Below are positions 8,960 through 17,613 of a DNA stretch of 64,000 bases, piece after piece (within the stretch, counting starts at the first letter, position 1; every line of letters starts with the position of its first letter). The DNA is from a virus (lineage: Duplodnaviria; Caudoviricetes). Both the position numbers and the translations under genes were made by a program. Below the pieces are notes generated by a model, which saw nothing but the letters and a program-made list of their open reading frames with translations, was not told where the DNA came from and made no database searches. The DNA lies in the IMG/VR virus record IMGVR_UViG_3300006133_000004, positions 20,370 through 84,369 of that record. One strand, given 5' to 3'.

Positions 8960-9178
8960 ATGGAAATCGTAATCGCACTCGTAGCTGTCCTTATCGGCTT
9001 TATCATCGGTCGAGTCCTTCCCAGAGAGCGCCCCCTTGGCGATTTGCGGGTTGACAGGTCTGACCCGACTTGTGAGCCCTATCTTTTTCTTGAACTGGGT
9101 ACGGATGTCCGTAACGTCATGAGTAAGCGGCACGTTACATTTCGCGTCAAAGTCGAAAACTTCCTGCCGCACGAATAA
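8960..9178 (+). CDS. Small membrane-anchored protein
   Basis: RBS AGGAGG; N-terminal TM. Confidence 0.6.
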   Translation: MEIVIALVAVLIGFIIGRVLPRERPLGDLRVDRSDPTCEPYLFLELGTDVRNVMSKRHVTFRVKVENFLPHE

Positions 9179-9194
9179 CACCCGCTATTATGGA
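9168..9194 (+). promoter_or_regulatory. Phage motif copy 12 (overlaps the upstream stop)
   Basis: cgcacgaataacacccgctattatgga. Confidence 0.7.
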
Positions 9195-9228
9195 GCCCAA
9201 CTCTAATATTTGAAAGGAGTAAAGCAAT

Positions 9229-9903
9229 ATGGCAGAGATCAAAAGTTTGTTGGACGGCGTGATCGAGCAGGAAATCCAAAACGTGGAGGCCCTGAGCTCT
9301 GGATCTGACGAGAAGTCGAAGGCGATCCAGAATCTCGCAACCCTGCACAAACTCCGTATCGAGGAGATCAAGGCCGAGACCGAGGCGGAAGAGAAGCGTG
9401 AACGCCGGGTTATGGACAGCGAGCAGCGTAAAGCGGAACTCGCTCTGAAAGAAAAGCAGGCTACCCAGCATCAGGCTGAGCTCTCTATCAAGGAGCGCCA
9501 GGTGGATAGTGCCGAGGCAGAACGTAAGATGAAGGACGAACAGTTCAAAGCTGAACTCGCCCTGAAGAAGCGTCAAGCCGACGGCGACACCGCTGAGCAC
9601 AAGTTGAAAGAGAAGCAGAGTGAGGCTGAGTCTCAGCATAAGGGTGCCGAGCTTGTTCTGAAGGAGCGGGAGCTTGACAGCAAGGATGCTGACCGTACCC
9701 AGGAGGGAGAGCTTCAGAAACGCCAGGCCCGGGATCAGATGGTCGACCGGTGTGTGAGAGCTGGTGTGGCGGTTGGAGAACTGGTACTGCCGTTGGTATT
9801 CTACGGCATCTGGATGAACAAGGGTTTCAAGTTCGAGGAAACCGGTTCGTTCACGTCGACCACATTCAAGAACTTGCTGAATCGCTTCAGACCCACGAAG
9901 TAA
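9229..9903 (+). CDS. Coiled-coil protein with repeated AELxxK(E/K)(K/R)(Q/E) units and a C-terminal hydrophobic segment
   Basis: RBS GAAAGGAG; four internal repeats. Confidence 0.65.
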   Translation: MAEIKSLLDGVIEQEIQNVEALSSGSDEKSKAIQNLATLHKLRIEEIKAETEAEEKRERRVMDSEQRKAELALKEKQATQHQAELSIKERQVDSAEAERKMKDEQFKAELALKKRQADGDTAEHKLKEKQSEAESQHKGAELVLKERELDSKDADRTQEGELQKRQARDQMVDRCVRAGVAVGELVLPLVFYGIWMNKGFKFEETGSFTSTTFKNLLNRFRPTK

Positions 9904-9958
9904 AGGGTAAGGCTACAAAAGCGGAGAGGGCGCGGAGATTTCGCGCTCTTTTCGTTTT

Positions 9959-9985
9959 CGCCATTTCTACAGCGCACTTTATGAG
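9959..9985 (+). promoter_or_regulatory. Phage motif copy 13
   Basis: cgccatttctacagcgcactttatgag. Confidence 0.7.
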
Positions 9986-10067
9986 GAAGAAGAGCTCTTT
10001 TACCTCGACTATTAGCCAAGAGTGGAGTATAATACTATACAACACTTCTGGACTACATCAGGAGGTA

Positions 10068-10403
10068 ATGAAAGTGCGTAAAAAGGGTAAAGAGATCATT
10101 CGGCCGGTAGGAGTTGAGATCAGGGAGTATCTCAATGACGGCTGGGGTATCTGCAACAACTGCGGAGCGCTTATGGATGAGGAAATCAGGGATAGAATTG
10201 GAGTATTCACCTGCCCGGCATGTGGCTGGGAGTGCGATGTTATGGATTATGAGTACGAGGAGGAAGACACTATGGAACTCGTACAGGATGAAAGAGGTGA
10301 CGAGTACCTGATTCCGAGAGATGATATGCCGCCCGCGGGGTGCAGAGCTTGTGGAGGTCCATATCCCTACTGCAAAGCATCTTGCAAGATGTATGACGAC
10401 TAA
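10068..10403 (+). CDS. Zinc-ribbon protein
   Basis: CNNCG...CPACG...CRACG; RBS GGAGG. Confidence 0.6.
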   Translation: MKVRKKGKEIIRPVGVEIREYLNDGWGICNNCGALMDEEIRDRIGVFTCPACGWECDVMDYEYEEEDTMELVQDERGDEYLIPRDDMPPAGCRACGGPYPYCKASCKMYDD

Positions 10404-10478
10404 GCATTATCAAAATGGAGGAGAGTCCTGGAAAAGCCGGGGCTCTTTCTCTTTATCTCTGAACTTTGTGAGGAGATT

Positions 10479-10505
10479 CGCAGATTTTGCAAATCGTATT
10501 ATGGA
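10479..10505 (+). promoter_or_regulatory. Phage motif copy 14
   Basis: cgcagattttgcaaatcgtattatgga. Confidence 0.75.
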
Positions 10506-10584
10506 AAGGAAGTATGAGAGACGCATGTTGTTGGTGAAAACCCAACCATCTACGAGGAGTGCGATCCTCCCTCGTAGCCTTTTC
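10503..10584 (+). ncRNA. Putative small RNA
   Basis: Closing helix GGAAAGG/CCTTTTC; gttgg-TGAAAAC-ccaac; ctacgagg/cctcgtag. Confidence 0.5.
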
Positions 10585-10609
10585 TTTTTATTTTCTTGGA
10601 GGGATTGTG

Positions 10610-10969
10610 ATGCGCTATCATTTCGAGAAGCCGGCTGTTTCGCTGTCGATGTATGGTCGGCGTTACATTTGCAACCATCCGGTGTATGACAGTTGCACCT
10701 TGTTCGAAATTGATGAAAAGGGTTTAGCTGTGATACAGCAGAGATTTGATCCTAAGACAAAGAGTACATCCTGGACAGAGGTAGACGCCTATTTGACCGA
10801 CGTTTTATATTTGCACCCCAAGTTCAAGGAGTTCTTTGACAGTCGGGCCAGAACTTGTACGGACGGCCTCTACCCTACCGTAACCATTCGGCAAATCATG
10901 TGGGCTTTGAAAATGAAGCCTTTGCCTAAGCAAACATGGGAAACCGTGTTCGACCGTTCGCCAATTTAG
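10610..10969 (+). CDS. Hypothetical protein
   Basis: RBS GGAGG. Confidence 0.6.
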   Translation: MRYHFEKPAVSLSMYGRRYICNHPVYDSCTLFEIDEKGLAVIQQRFDPKTKSTSWTEVDAYLTDVLYLHPKFKEFFDSRARTCTDGLYPTVTIRQIMWALKMKPLPKQTWETVFDRSPI

Positions 10970-10996
10970 CGCCGAATAGACAGCCTCTCTTATGGA
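10970..10996 (+). promoter_or_regulatory. Phage motif copy 15
   Basis: cgccgaatagacagcctctcttatgga. Confidence 0.7.
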
Positions 10997-11027
10997 GAGA
11001 TCCAAAATTTTTGAAGGGAGCTAAATT

Positions 11028-11744
11028 ATGAATCTCAAACTTTTGAAGAGCTTAGGGGCTTTGTGCAAAGAGCAGTTACCTACGATCCTATCAGGAGCGG
11101 CAGTGATTGGAGTCTTTGCAACTGGAATCTGTGCGGCTAAGGCAACTTTGAAAGCAAAGGAAGAGGTTGAGAAGCTGGAGGAGCCGACAACCTTTGAGAA
11201 GTTCAAGGTGGCGGCACCCATTTATGGGCCGTGCGTTGCCATCGGAGGAGCAACCGTTGCTTGCATTCTTGGTGCCAACCGAGTCAGTGTCAAGCGTTAT
11301 GCAGCTCTTGCTGGGACTTGCGCTATTGCAAAGACTCAACTGCAAGAGCACAAGGACAAGGTGCTTGAGATGTTTGGCAAAGAGAAAGCAGAAGCTGTTG
11401 AACAGGAGATTGCCAAAGATCAAGTAAGCAAGAAGGCGACTGGCGGACTAATCTGTGCAAGCGACGAGCTCGTGACATGCAAGGATCTTGTGACTGGGAT
11501 GGTGTTCAAGTCAAGCATGGTCCGGATACAAGCTGCGGCAAACAACGTCAACACATTGGTGCTACTGGATGGCGCTGCTGGGTTGACGGATTTCTACGAT
11601 CAGCTTGACGAAGAACACACGCCAATCATGGAAAGAGTACGATGGCATTGCGATTCACGCATTCCGACGATGCAGATAGAGTTTGGAGCGGAGATTTCGG
11701 AGCATGGACTCCCATACTTGACGTTCACTTACGAGTGTGACTGA
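11028..11744 (+). CDS. DUF6353-like membrane protein, paralog 1
   Basis: LPTILSGAAVIGV...A.KATLKA...YGP...ILGAN signature shared with 14240, 15662 and 18137. Confidence 0.6.
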   Translation: MNLKLLKSLGALCKEQLPTILSGAAVIGVFATGICAAKATLKAKEEVEKLEEPTTFEKFKVAAPIYGPCVAIGGATVACILGANRVSVKRYAALAGTCAIAKTQLQEHKDKVLEMFGKEKAEAVEQEIAKDQVSKKATGGLICASDELVTCKDLVTGMVFKSSMVRIQAAANNVNTLVLLDGAAGLTDFYDQLDEEHTPIMERVRWHCDSRIPTMQIEFGAEISEHGLPYLTFTYECD

Positions 11745-11784
11745 TGGTGACTGCTGAGGGGCGCAAAGCCTCTTAGCTTTTTAC

Positions 11785-11811
11785 CGCCAATTCCGCAACT
11801 CCTATTATGGA
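11785..11811 (+). promoter_or_regulatory. Phage motif copy 16
   Basis: cgccaattccgcaactcctattatgga. Confidence 0.75.
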
Positions 11812-11841
11812 CACCAATACCTATGAAAGGGGTTAAGGAGT

Positions 11842-12057
11842 ATGGATGAGATGAGAATTGAATCGAAGTTTACAAGAGGAATTGCGTCGAGGCTTATCAA
11901 GAAGGCCATGCGTGACAAATTGGGCTACAATGTAGATGTTCAGCTCAATAAGTTCCGCACGACCGTCATCGAGGAGAAGACGCACGTCCATCTGGACATC
12001 GAACTGGATCTCAGCAAAGAGGAACTTGACAAACTGTTAAAGAGCATTGGTCTCTGA
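11842..12057 (+). CDS. Hypothetical protein
   Basis: RBS AAGGAG. Confidence 0.65.
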   Translation: MDEMRIESKFTRGIASRLIKKAMRDKLGYNVDVQLNKFRTTVIEEKTHVHLDIELDLSKEELDKLLKSIGL

Positions 12058-12074
12058 GGCAAAAGCCGCTGTTA

Positions 12075-12101
12075 CGCAAGATATTCACACCGTATTATGG
12101 A
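12075..12101 (+). promoter_or_regulatory. Phage motif copy 17
   Basis: cgcaagatattcacaccgtattatgga. Confidence 0.75.
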
Positions 12102-12111
12102 GGTGATCGCT

Positions 12112-12298
12112 ATGAGATTTGACAGCAAAAAGGTATTCAAGTTTGCGGGAGAAGTTAGTGGTTGTGTCGTCATGGGAATTGTTTCCGCGGCAACGCAGAC
12201 GCTTTGGTACAGAATCGCAGAACCCAAGATACTTAACGCTATGGACAAAAATGAGGCAAAGCGAAAGCAGCCAATAGGTTTTAGGGGGGGGAGTCCTA
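12112..12298 (+). CDS. Small TM protein; true stop depends on the G-tract at 12284-12291
   Basis: RBS GGAGG; one extra G gives ...FRGGES* with the TAA in the hairpin, as in neighbouring cassettes. Confidence 0.45.
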
Positions 12299-12318
12299 AC
12301 GGGCTCCTCTCTCCTTTT

Positions 12319-12345
12319 CGCAGATTTTGCACATTCCTTTATGGA
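12319..12345 (+). promoter_or_regulatory. Phage motif copy 18
   Basis: cgcagattttgcacattcctttatgga. Confidence 0.75.
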
Positions 12346-12401
12346 GAGAAAGAGTTCTGCCCGATTAGCGTTGGGAGCAAGAATTGTGGCGACTTTCTCT
12401 C
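12343..12401 (+). ncRNA. Putative short hairpin RNA
   Basis: 9-bp closing helix GAGAGAAAG/CTTTCTCTC, then a T run; no ORF. Confidence 0.5.
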
Positions 12402-12410
12402 TTTTTCTTC

Positions 12411-12437
12411 CGCAGATTTTACAAATCGTATTATGGA
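12411..12437 (+). promoter_or_regulatory. Phage motif copy 19
   Basis: cgcagattttacaaatcgtattatgga. Confidence 0.75.
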
Positions 12438-12515
12438 GAGGAGACAGTTAGCTCAGTTGGTAGAGCGCAACCTGAAATGGTTGAGGTCATCGGTTCGAGT
12501 CCGATACAGCCTCTC
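12436..12515 (+). tRNA. tRNA-like RNA (Phe/GAA-like, non-canonical 6-nt loop, imperfect acceptor stem, no CCA)
   Basis: D-arm gctc-agttggta-gagc; caacc-TGAAAT-ggttg; aggtc; T-arm atcgg-TTCGAGT-ccgat; outer helix gagagg/cctctc. Confidence 0.6.
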
Positions 12516-12547
12516 TAATTTTTTCGTCGAGGAAAGGAGAAACAGGA

Positions 12548-12733
12548 ATGAGAAAAGAAATGAAGCCGATTCTCATCGGCGCATTGACCGCAGGCGTCAT
12601 CATTGCGGTTGGTGTTGGGTTTCATGCATGGACCATCAAAACTATCCCTTATTCCTATCGTCAGAATCTCTTAGATGCCGTTGACTATCTCGCCGGCAAA
12701 AATGTTTTCAACAGAGTCGATTCATTACAGTAA
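12548..12733 (+). CDS. Small TM protein
   Basis: RBS GAAAGGAG. Confidence 0.55.
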   Translation: MRKEMKPILIGALTAGVIIAVGVGFHAWTIKTIPYSYRQNLLDAVDYLAGKNVFNRVDSLQ

Positions 12734-12756
12734 AACAATGAAAGGAGAAAATCAAA

Positions 12757-13227
12757 ATGGAAATCAAAATCGTAGGAGAAGTCAAGTTCAGAAACCGCGT
12801 CCTCGCTGTCTATGGGGATCTGGATGCGCCCCTCTTCAAGGCTGCGGACGTCGCCGATCTGGTGGAGTACGGCGAGGGGAATGTCTGGAACCTTGTTCGG
12901 CTCTGTGAGGAGGACGAGCATATGCTCCTTCCGCTCGTAGTCGCTGGGCAGAAGCGGCAGGTAACTTTCATCACCGAGACCGGCCTCTACAACGTCCTGG
13001 CCCAAAGCAGAAAGCCTCTTGCCAGAGCATGGCGGCGTATCGTTCACGAGGAACTGATTGCGCTCCGGCGGTCCCAGGGTAAGAACGTCTCTGAGAAGTT
13101 CGACGAGTGGGACCATCTGGCCGACAACATCTACTTCGATGAGGAACGGGGCTGTCTGATGCGCTCTGTGACCGTTCAGGGCGGCGATGTCGAGCAGGTT
13201 CCGTATGAGCTTGATGACCGGAGGTAG
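12757..13227 (+). CDS. BRO-N domain protein (antirepressor-like)
   Basis: PLFKAADVADL...FITETGLYNVLAQSRKPLARAW. Confidence 0.8.
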   Translation: MEIKIVGEVKFRNRVLAVYGDLDAPLFKAADVADLVEYGEGNVWNLVRLCEEDEHMLLPLVVAGQKRQVTFITETGLYNVLAQSRKPLARAWRRIVHEELIALRRSQGKNVSEKFDEWDHLADNIYFDEERGCLMRSVTVQGGDVEQVPYELDDRR

Positions 13228-13229
13228 AA

Positions 13230-13730
13230 ATGAATCGACAAATCTACGTCCACTATGGATCAACAGCCTTTGACCCAACCAAAGGTTTTCCTATCAAAAA
13301 TGTTAAGGACTGGATTAAACCAGAGGGAGGACTTTGGGCGTCACAGATAAATGCGACACGAGGTTGGAAAGATTGGTGTGAAACTGAGGATTTCAGAGAA
13401 TGCACCGAAAAGCTCTCCTTCAAGTTTACCGTCAAAGATGGTTCAAATATAGCGGTCATCAAATCTACAGAAGATCTTGAGAAACTTCCTGTACAAGAAG
13501 GGTCCAGATGGAGCAAAGATACACCGTGGAGGAGATATATTATTGACTTTGAAAAGTGTATCAATCAGGGAATAGATGCAGTTGAACTCTGTATTTATGG
13601 TGATGAGTATGATTGTGAAGATTACTTTGAACTCCATCATTCGCTTTATGGTTGGGATTGTGATTCCATTGTAATACTCAATCCGAATGTGGTAATTCCC
13701 GTTTCCGATAGGGAAGGAATCATTGCATGA
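13230..13730 (+). CDS. Hypothetical protein (possible ART-like fold)
   Basis: YVHYG...KPEGGLWAS...WDCDS; AT-richer than flanks. Confidence 0.55.
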   Translation: MNRQIYVHYGSTAFDPTKGFPIKNVKDWIKPEGGLWASQINATRGWKDWCETEDFRECTEKLSFKFTVKDGSNIAVIKSTEDLEKLPVQEGSRWSKDTPWRRYIIDFEKCINQGIDAVELCIYGDEYDCEDYFELHHSLYGWDCDSIVILNPNVVIPVSDREGIIA

Positions 13731-14089
13731 AACCCGAAATCGATTATGACCACATCGTGATAGGTTCTTACATTGATGATCTTCTCAAAGATGTTGAGCG
13801 GAACTTAAAACGTACTGCACTGCGAGATCCATACTTCAAGCAATTAAGTGTTGAGAAGTTTGCGCTTGAAACATTACTCCAGGAAATCATCGAGTGTAAT
13901 GGCATTGTTACACCGATAGAGGTACTTGAACGTTTTGCCCAGGAAGCCGAACGATGCATTGTCGACAGCCGTGACCCAAACAGCAGCTATACTTTTGAAG
14001 TGTCGAGAGACACAGCGATATCCATTTTAGATGGACTCTATTTTGGATATTTGGAAGGAGAAAAACGCGGTGGATTTGAAGAAACATAG
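13727..14089 (+). CDS. Hypothetical protein, paralog of 15328 and 27114
   Basis: ALETLLQEI...TPIEVLERFA pattern. Confidence 0.55.
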   Translation: MKPEIDYDHIVIGSYIDDLLKDVERNLKRTALRDPYFKQLSVEKFALETLLQEIIECNGIVTPIEVLERFAQEAERCIVDSRDPNSSYTFEVSRDTAISILDGLYFGYLEGEKRGGFEET

Positions 14090-14239
14090 AAACCTCTGGA
14101 ACGATGTCATTTATGGAACTCCGATGGCATCCTTAGCGGCTGCGAGCAAGCTTTATGATCTCGGTGAAATGAGTAAAAAGACGTTCCAAGTCCTTGTTCT
14201 CGCAGCGGGCATCGAATCTACAGATAAAAAAGGAGGTAA

Positions 14240-15070
14240 ATGGAAATGAAGCCTAAGCAAGGTCTGGTGAAGCAGACCCAAAAAGCCTTAAAAAAGGCGT
14301 CGCCGACAATCTTGAGCATCCTCGGAGTTGTCGGCGTGGTTACAACGGCGGTTTTGGCCGTCAAAGCTACACCCAAAGCCCTCGAACGTATTGAGGATGC
14401 TAAAGAGGCTAAAAACCTCGAAAACGGCAAAGATTTGACCCGGATGGAGACGGCAGCAGCTTGCTGGCAATGTTATATCCCTGCTGCCGCCACTGGAATC
14501 GCCACAATCGGGTGCATTATGGGCGCAAATGTCCTGAATCGGCGTCAACAGGCTTCTCTCGCCAGTGCGTATGCTTTACTTAACCGAACGTACCAGGACT
14601 ACACAAAATCGGTCAAGAACGTCTTCGGCGAAGAAGGTCATAAGCGCGTCTTGGAGGATATGGCCATTGAGCGGGTTCCCGAGAATCACACAATCTATAC
14701 CGAGGGTATGTTTGAATCTACTACCTTAGATTTCTGCATCCCTGAGGAGGAGCATCTGTTTTACGATGTTTATTCCAACCGGCAATTCGCTTCTACCATC
14801 GGAAAGGTGCTTCAGGCCGAATACCATCTGAACAGGATGTTCGCTCTGAATGGAAATGTCTCACTCAATGACTTCTATAAGTATCTCGGACTCGACCCTG
14901 TTCCTGAAGGAGACGACATTGGATGGTGGGTCGATTTCGATAATGAGGTATATTGGGTCGAGTTCAATCATGCTGTCTCTTACATTGATGACGGGCCTGA
15001 ACATCCGCAAGTCGAGTGTCTCATTATTGAGTTTCCTCAGCCGCCGGGTCTTCCGCCTCCCGAGGAGTAA
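14240..15070 (+). CDS. DUF6353-like protein, paralog 2
   Basis: SPTILSILGVVGV...AVKATPKA...CWQCYIPA...LNDFYKYLG. Confidence 0.7.
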   Translation: MEMKPKQGLVKQTQKALKKASPTILSILGVVGVVTTAVLAVKATPKALERIEDAKEAKNLENGKDLTRMETAAACWQCYIPAAATGIATIGCIMGANVLNRRQQASLASAYALLNRTYQDYTKSVKNVFGEEGHKRVLEDMAIERVPENHTIYTEGMFESTTLDFCIPEEEHLFYDVYSNRQFASTIGKVLQAEYHLNRMFALNGNVSLNDFYKYLGLDPVPEGDDIGWWVDFDNEVYWVEFNHAVSYIDDGPEHPQVECLIIEFPQPPGLPPPEE

Positions 15071-15072
15071 TC

Positions 15073-15099
15073 CGCAGAAACAACACACTCTATTGTGGA
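15073..15099 (+). promoter_or_regulatory. Phage motif copy 20
   Basis: cgcagaaacaacacactctattgtgga. Confidence 0.7.
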
Positions 15100-15116
15100 A
15101 AGGAGGCTAAGGCTTC

Positions 15117-15290
15117 ATGGATAAGAAAGCTATCTTCAGAGTCATGTCCATGATCGGTATGGTCCTTGGAGCGGTGGGAACGCTGCTGTCCAACTGGGCC
15201 GACGATCGTGAGCAGGACATGCTGATTGACGAGAAGATCAATGAAAAACTTGCCGCCCGTGAAAGTGAAGAAGAGAGTGAGGAGCCCTGA
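15117..15290 (+). CDS. Small TM protein (not in ORF track)
   Basis: MDKKAIFRVMSMIGMVLGAVGTLLSNWADD...EEP*; RBS GAAAGGAGG. Confidence 0.6.
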   Translation: MDKKAIFRVMSMIGMVLGAVGTLLSNWADDREQDMLIDEKINEKLAARESEEESEEP

Positions 15291-15327
15291 CAGGGGCTCT
15301 TCGCTTTTGGATGGGGAAGAACTGCAC

Positions 15328-15630
15328 ATGAACGAACGGGCAATTATCACGCTGAATCGGATGCTGGAAATGTACGAAGATGCTCCATATTTTGATTGGC
15401 CGCAACATGAGCTTGAAGAGGTTGCGTTCTCAAGATGTGCCATTGAAGAAATTTTACAACTGGTTTGGGACCATCCGTGGACTCTGGCATCCGACACCAT
15501 CGAAAATTTTGCATTAACGATGGAACTTTACAAGCATTCGTCTGTTACGGACGAACAAAGGCGGATATTTTCAGTTTTAGCAGAAACGACTTGTGAAATT
15601 CTGCAAGAAATCGAATCACTTGAAAAGTAG
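15328..15630 (+). CDS. Hypothetical protein, paralog of 13727 and 27114
   Basis: AIEEILQLVWDHPWTLASDTIENFA. Confidence 0.55.
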   Translation: MNERAIITLNRMLEMYEDAPYFDWPQHELEEVAFSRCAIEEILQLVWDHPWTLASDTIENFALTMELYKHSSVTDEQRRIFSVLAETTCEILQEIESLEK

Positions 15631-15661
15631 CCCCAAAAATACGTTTGAAAGGAGTCATATT

Positions 15662-16426
15662 GTGAACAAGCAAACCTTTGTAAAGGCGCTTAAAAATGTT
15701 CCGAAAATTCTGAAAAAGCACAGTCCTGAGCTTTTGACAGGTATCGGCATCGCAGGGATGATCTTTACAACCATTACAGCCGTCAAAGCCACTCCCAAGG
15801 CCCTTCGCCTCGTAGACGAGCGAGAAATCAAGGAAGGAAAGCGACTGACTAATTCGGAGATCGTCAAGACAACTTGGAAGTGCTACGTTCCCGCAGCTGT
15901 GACTGGTGTGTGCTCCATTGGGTGTTTGATCGGTGCCAGCTCGGTCAACGCGAGGCGAAATGCGGCTTTAGCCACTGCCTACACCATCTCTGAGACAGCT
16001 TTCAAAGAGTACAAGGAGAAGGCGGTCGAGGTTGTTGGTGAAAAGAAGGAGCAAGCGATTCGTGATGCAGTCGCTAAGGACAAACTGGAGAAAGCCCAGG
16101 TGGCCAGCCGAGAGTTCATCATCACCGGCAAAGGAGAAACCCCCTGCTTCGACCCGCTCACCAACTCCTGTTTTAAGTCCGATATTGAGATTCTGCGGAA
16201 GGCAGAAAACATCCTGAATAAGCGGATGCGGGACGACATGGTCATAACCGTCAACGAGTTCTTACAGGAAATCGGCCTGGACTCCTGCGACGATGCCATT
16301 GGAGAGAACATGGGCTGGGATATCGACAAAGGCTACATTGACCTGGACTTCAGTTCGCAGTTGGTCGATGGCGTTCCCTACCTTGTCATCGGACATCACA
16401 ATCCGCCCCGCTACATCGGACGATAG
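15662..16426 (+). CDS. DUF6353-like protein, paralog 3
   Basis: KHSPELLTGIGIAGM...AVKATPKA...WKCYVPA. Confidence 0.72.
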   Translation: MNKQTFVKALKNVPKILKKHSPELLTGIGIAGMIFTTITAVKATPKALRLVDEREIKEGKRLTNSEIVKTTWKCYVPAAVTGVCSIGCLIGASSVNARRNAALATAYTISETAFKEYKEKAVEVVGEKKEQAIRDAVAKDKLEKAQVASREFIITGKGETPCFDPLTNSCFKSDIEILRKAENILNKRMRDDMVITVNEFLQEIGLDSCDDAIGENMGWDIDKGYIDLDFSSQLVDGVPYLVIGHHNPPRYIGR

Positions 16427-16430
16427 CGTC

Positions 16431-16457
16431 CGCAAAAATTGCAAACCGTATTATGGA
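16431..16457 (+). promoter_or_regulatory. Phage motif copy 21 (heads the long operon toward the replication genes)
   Basis: cgcaaaaattgcaaaccgtattatgga. Confidence 0.75.
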
Positions 16458-16497
16458 GAGATCCACACTAAAATCTTTAATAAAGGAGTAATTCAAA

Positions 16498-16794
16498 ATG
16501 GAAGAGAACACTGTGAGAACCAACGAGATCGAGGAGTATGAGCAGCCTGAGATCGAGGTTGAGGAGGCTCTGGAAGAGAGCTCCGGCAGCGGCGCGTTTG
16601 TTGCGGGTATCGTCGGTGGTTTCTTGGCCTATGCCGCAATCGGCGGGGTTAAGAAGCTGGTGGCGTTTGCCCAGACGAAGTTGGCCGATCGGAAGCAGAA
16701 GGAGCAGGCCAAGACCGTGATCGAGGCGGACTACACGGAAGTCCCGGACGAGCAGCAGGAAAATTCCGATGAGGACGCTTCTGAGGAAAAGTAA
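16498..16794 (+). CDS. Acidic single-TM protein
   Basis: RBS AAAGGAG. Confidence 0.65.
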   Translation: MEENTVRTNEIEEYEQPEIEVEEALEESSGSGAFVAGIVGGFLAYAAIGGVKKLVAFAQTKLADRKQKEQAKTVIEADYTEVPDEQQENSDEDASEEK

Positions 16795-16874
16795 ACAGCG
16801 AGGATCGCCGGCGGGGAGAGTACCTACAACAGGTGCTTTCCCCTTTTTTCATTAAGTAACAAGGAGGAACCACT

Positions 16875-17492
16875 ATGGCAGAAGCCCCCTACCCCAACAA
16901 TTCCCATACTGCACGGGAGCGCAAACCGGAAGGTCCCAACCCGCCCGAGAAAAAGCTGGAGAAGGTAGTAAGCGGAGGGGCCAAGACCCGAAAGAAGAGT
17001 GAGGTCAAGAAATTCGCCAATATCTTCGTTCCGGAGGATGTTGAGAACGTCAAAAGCTACATCTTGGTCGACGTTATCGTACCGGGCATCAAGAACGCAA
17101 TCGCCGACGCGGTAAGCATCATGCTTTTCGGCGAAGCTGGTCGTCTCGGTGGCCGGAACGGTAAAGCTTCCCGGGCCTCTTATCAGAGATACTACGATGA
17201 TCGGCGCGATGATCGTCGAGACTACGGACGGCCGAGAGCTGCCGCCGGATTCGAGTATGACGACATTGTCTTTGAGACCCGCGGCGATGCGGACTTGGTT
17301 TTAGACCAGTTGGAGTCAGCCATCAATACCTATGGCATCGCTTCTGTTGCCGACCTGTATGACTTGGCCGGTATCACCTGCCGTAGCTACACGGCAAACA
17401 AATACGGCTGGACTGATATTCGGTCTGCCAAGGTAGTCCGTATTCGGGACGGATACATCTTGCAGCTTCCGAGAACGGTTCAAATCAACTAA
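16875..17492 (+). CDS. Conserved phage hypothetical protein
   Basis: RBS AAGGAGG; C-terminal SVADLYDLAG...YGWTD. Confidence 0.7.
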   Translation: MAEAPYPNNSHTARERKPEGPNPPEKKLEKVVSGGAKTRKKSEVKKFANIFVPEDVENVKSYILVDVIVPGIKNAIADAVSIMLFGEAGRLGGRNGKASRASYQRYYDDRRDDRRDYGRPRAAAGFEYDDIVFETRGDADLVLDQLESAINTYGIASVADLYDLAGITCRSYTANKYGWTDIRSAKVVRIRDGYILQLPRTVQIN

Positions 17493-17505
17493 GGAGGATT
17501 CGACT

Positions 17506-17613
17506 ATGTGCGGGTATCCCGTTTCGTCTGGCTATAGAGGCTTGGTCAATGGCGAGTGGATGTTGTTCCCGACTGAAGCCGAGTACCACGAGTACATGGA
17601 GGAAGAGTCATGA
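17506..17613 (+). CDS. Small hypothetical protein
   Basis: MCGYPVSSGYRGLVNGEWMLFPTEAEYHEYMEEES; RBS AAGGAGG. Confidence 0.55.
   Translation: MCGYPVSSGYRGLVNGEWMLFPTEAEYHEYMEEES

Noticed and set aside
12097-12684. 195-aa ORF spanning the G-tract, two motif copies and the tRNA-like RNA
   Set aside because: Read-through produced by the G8 tract; the extension runs through terminators and ncRNAs
4227-16457. Repeated intergenic motif as a CRISPR array or integron attC array
   Set aside because: Only three short blocks are conserved; spacing is irregular and contains genes; no cas genes or IntI-type patch; the motif is not palindromic like attC
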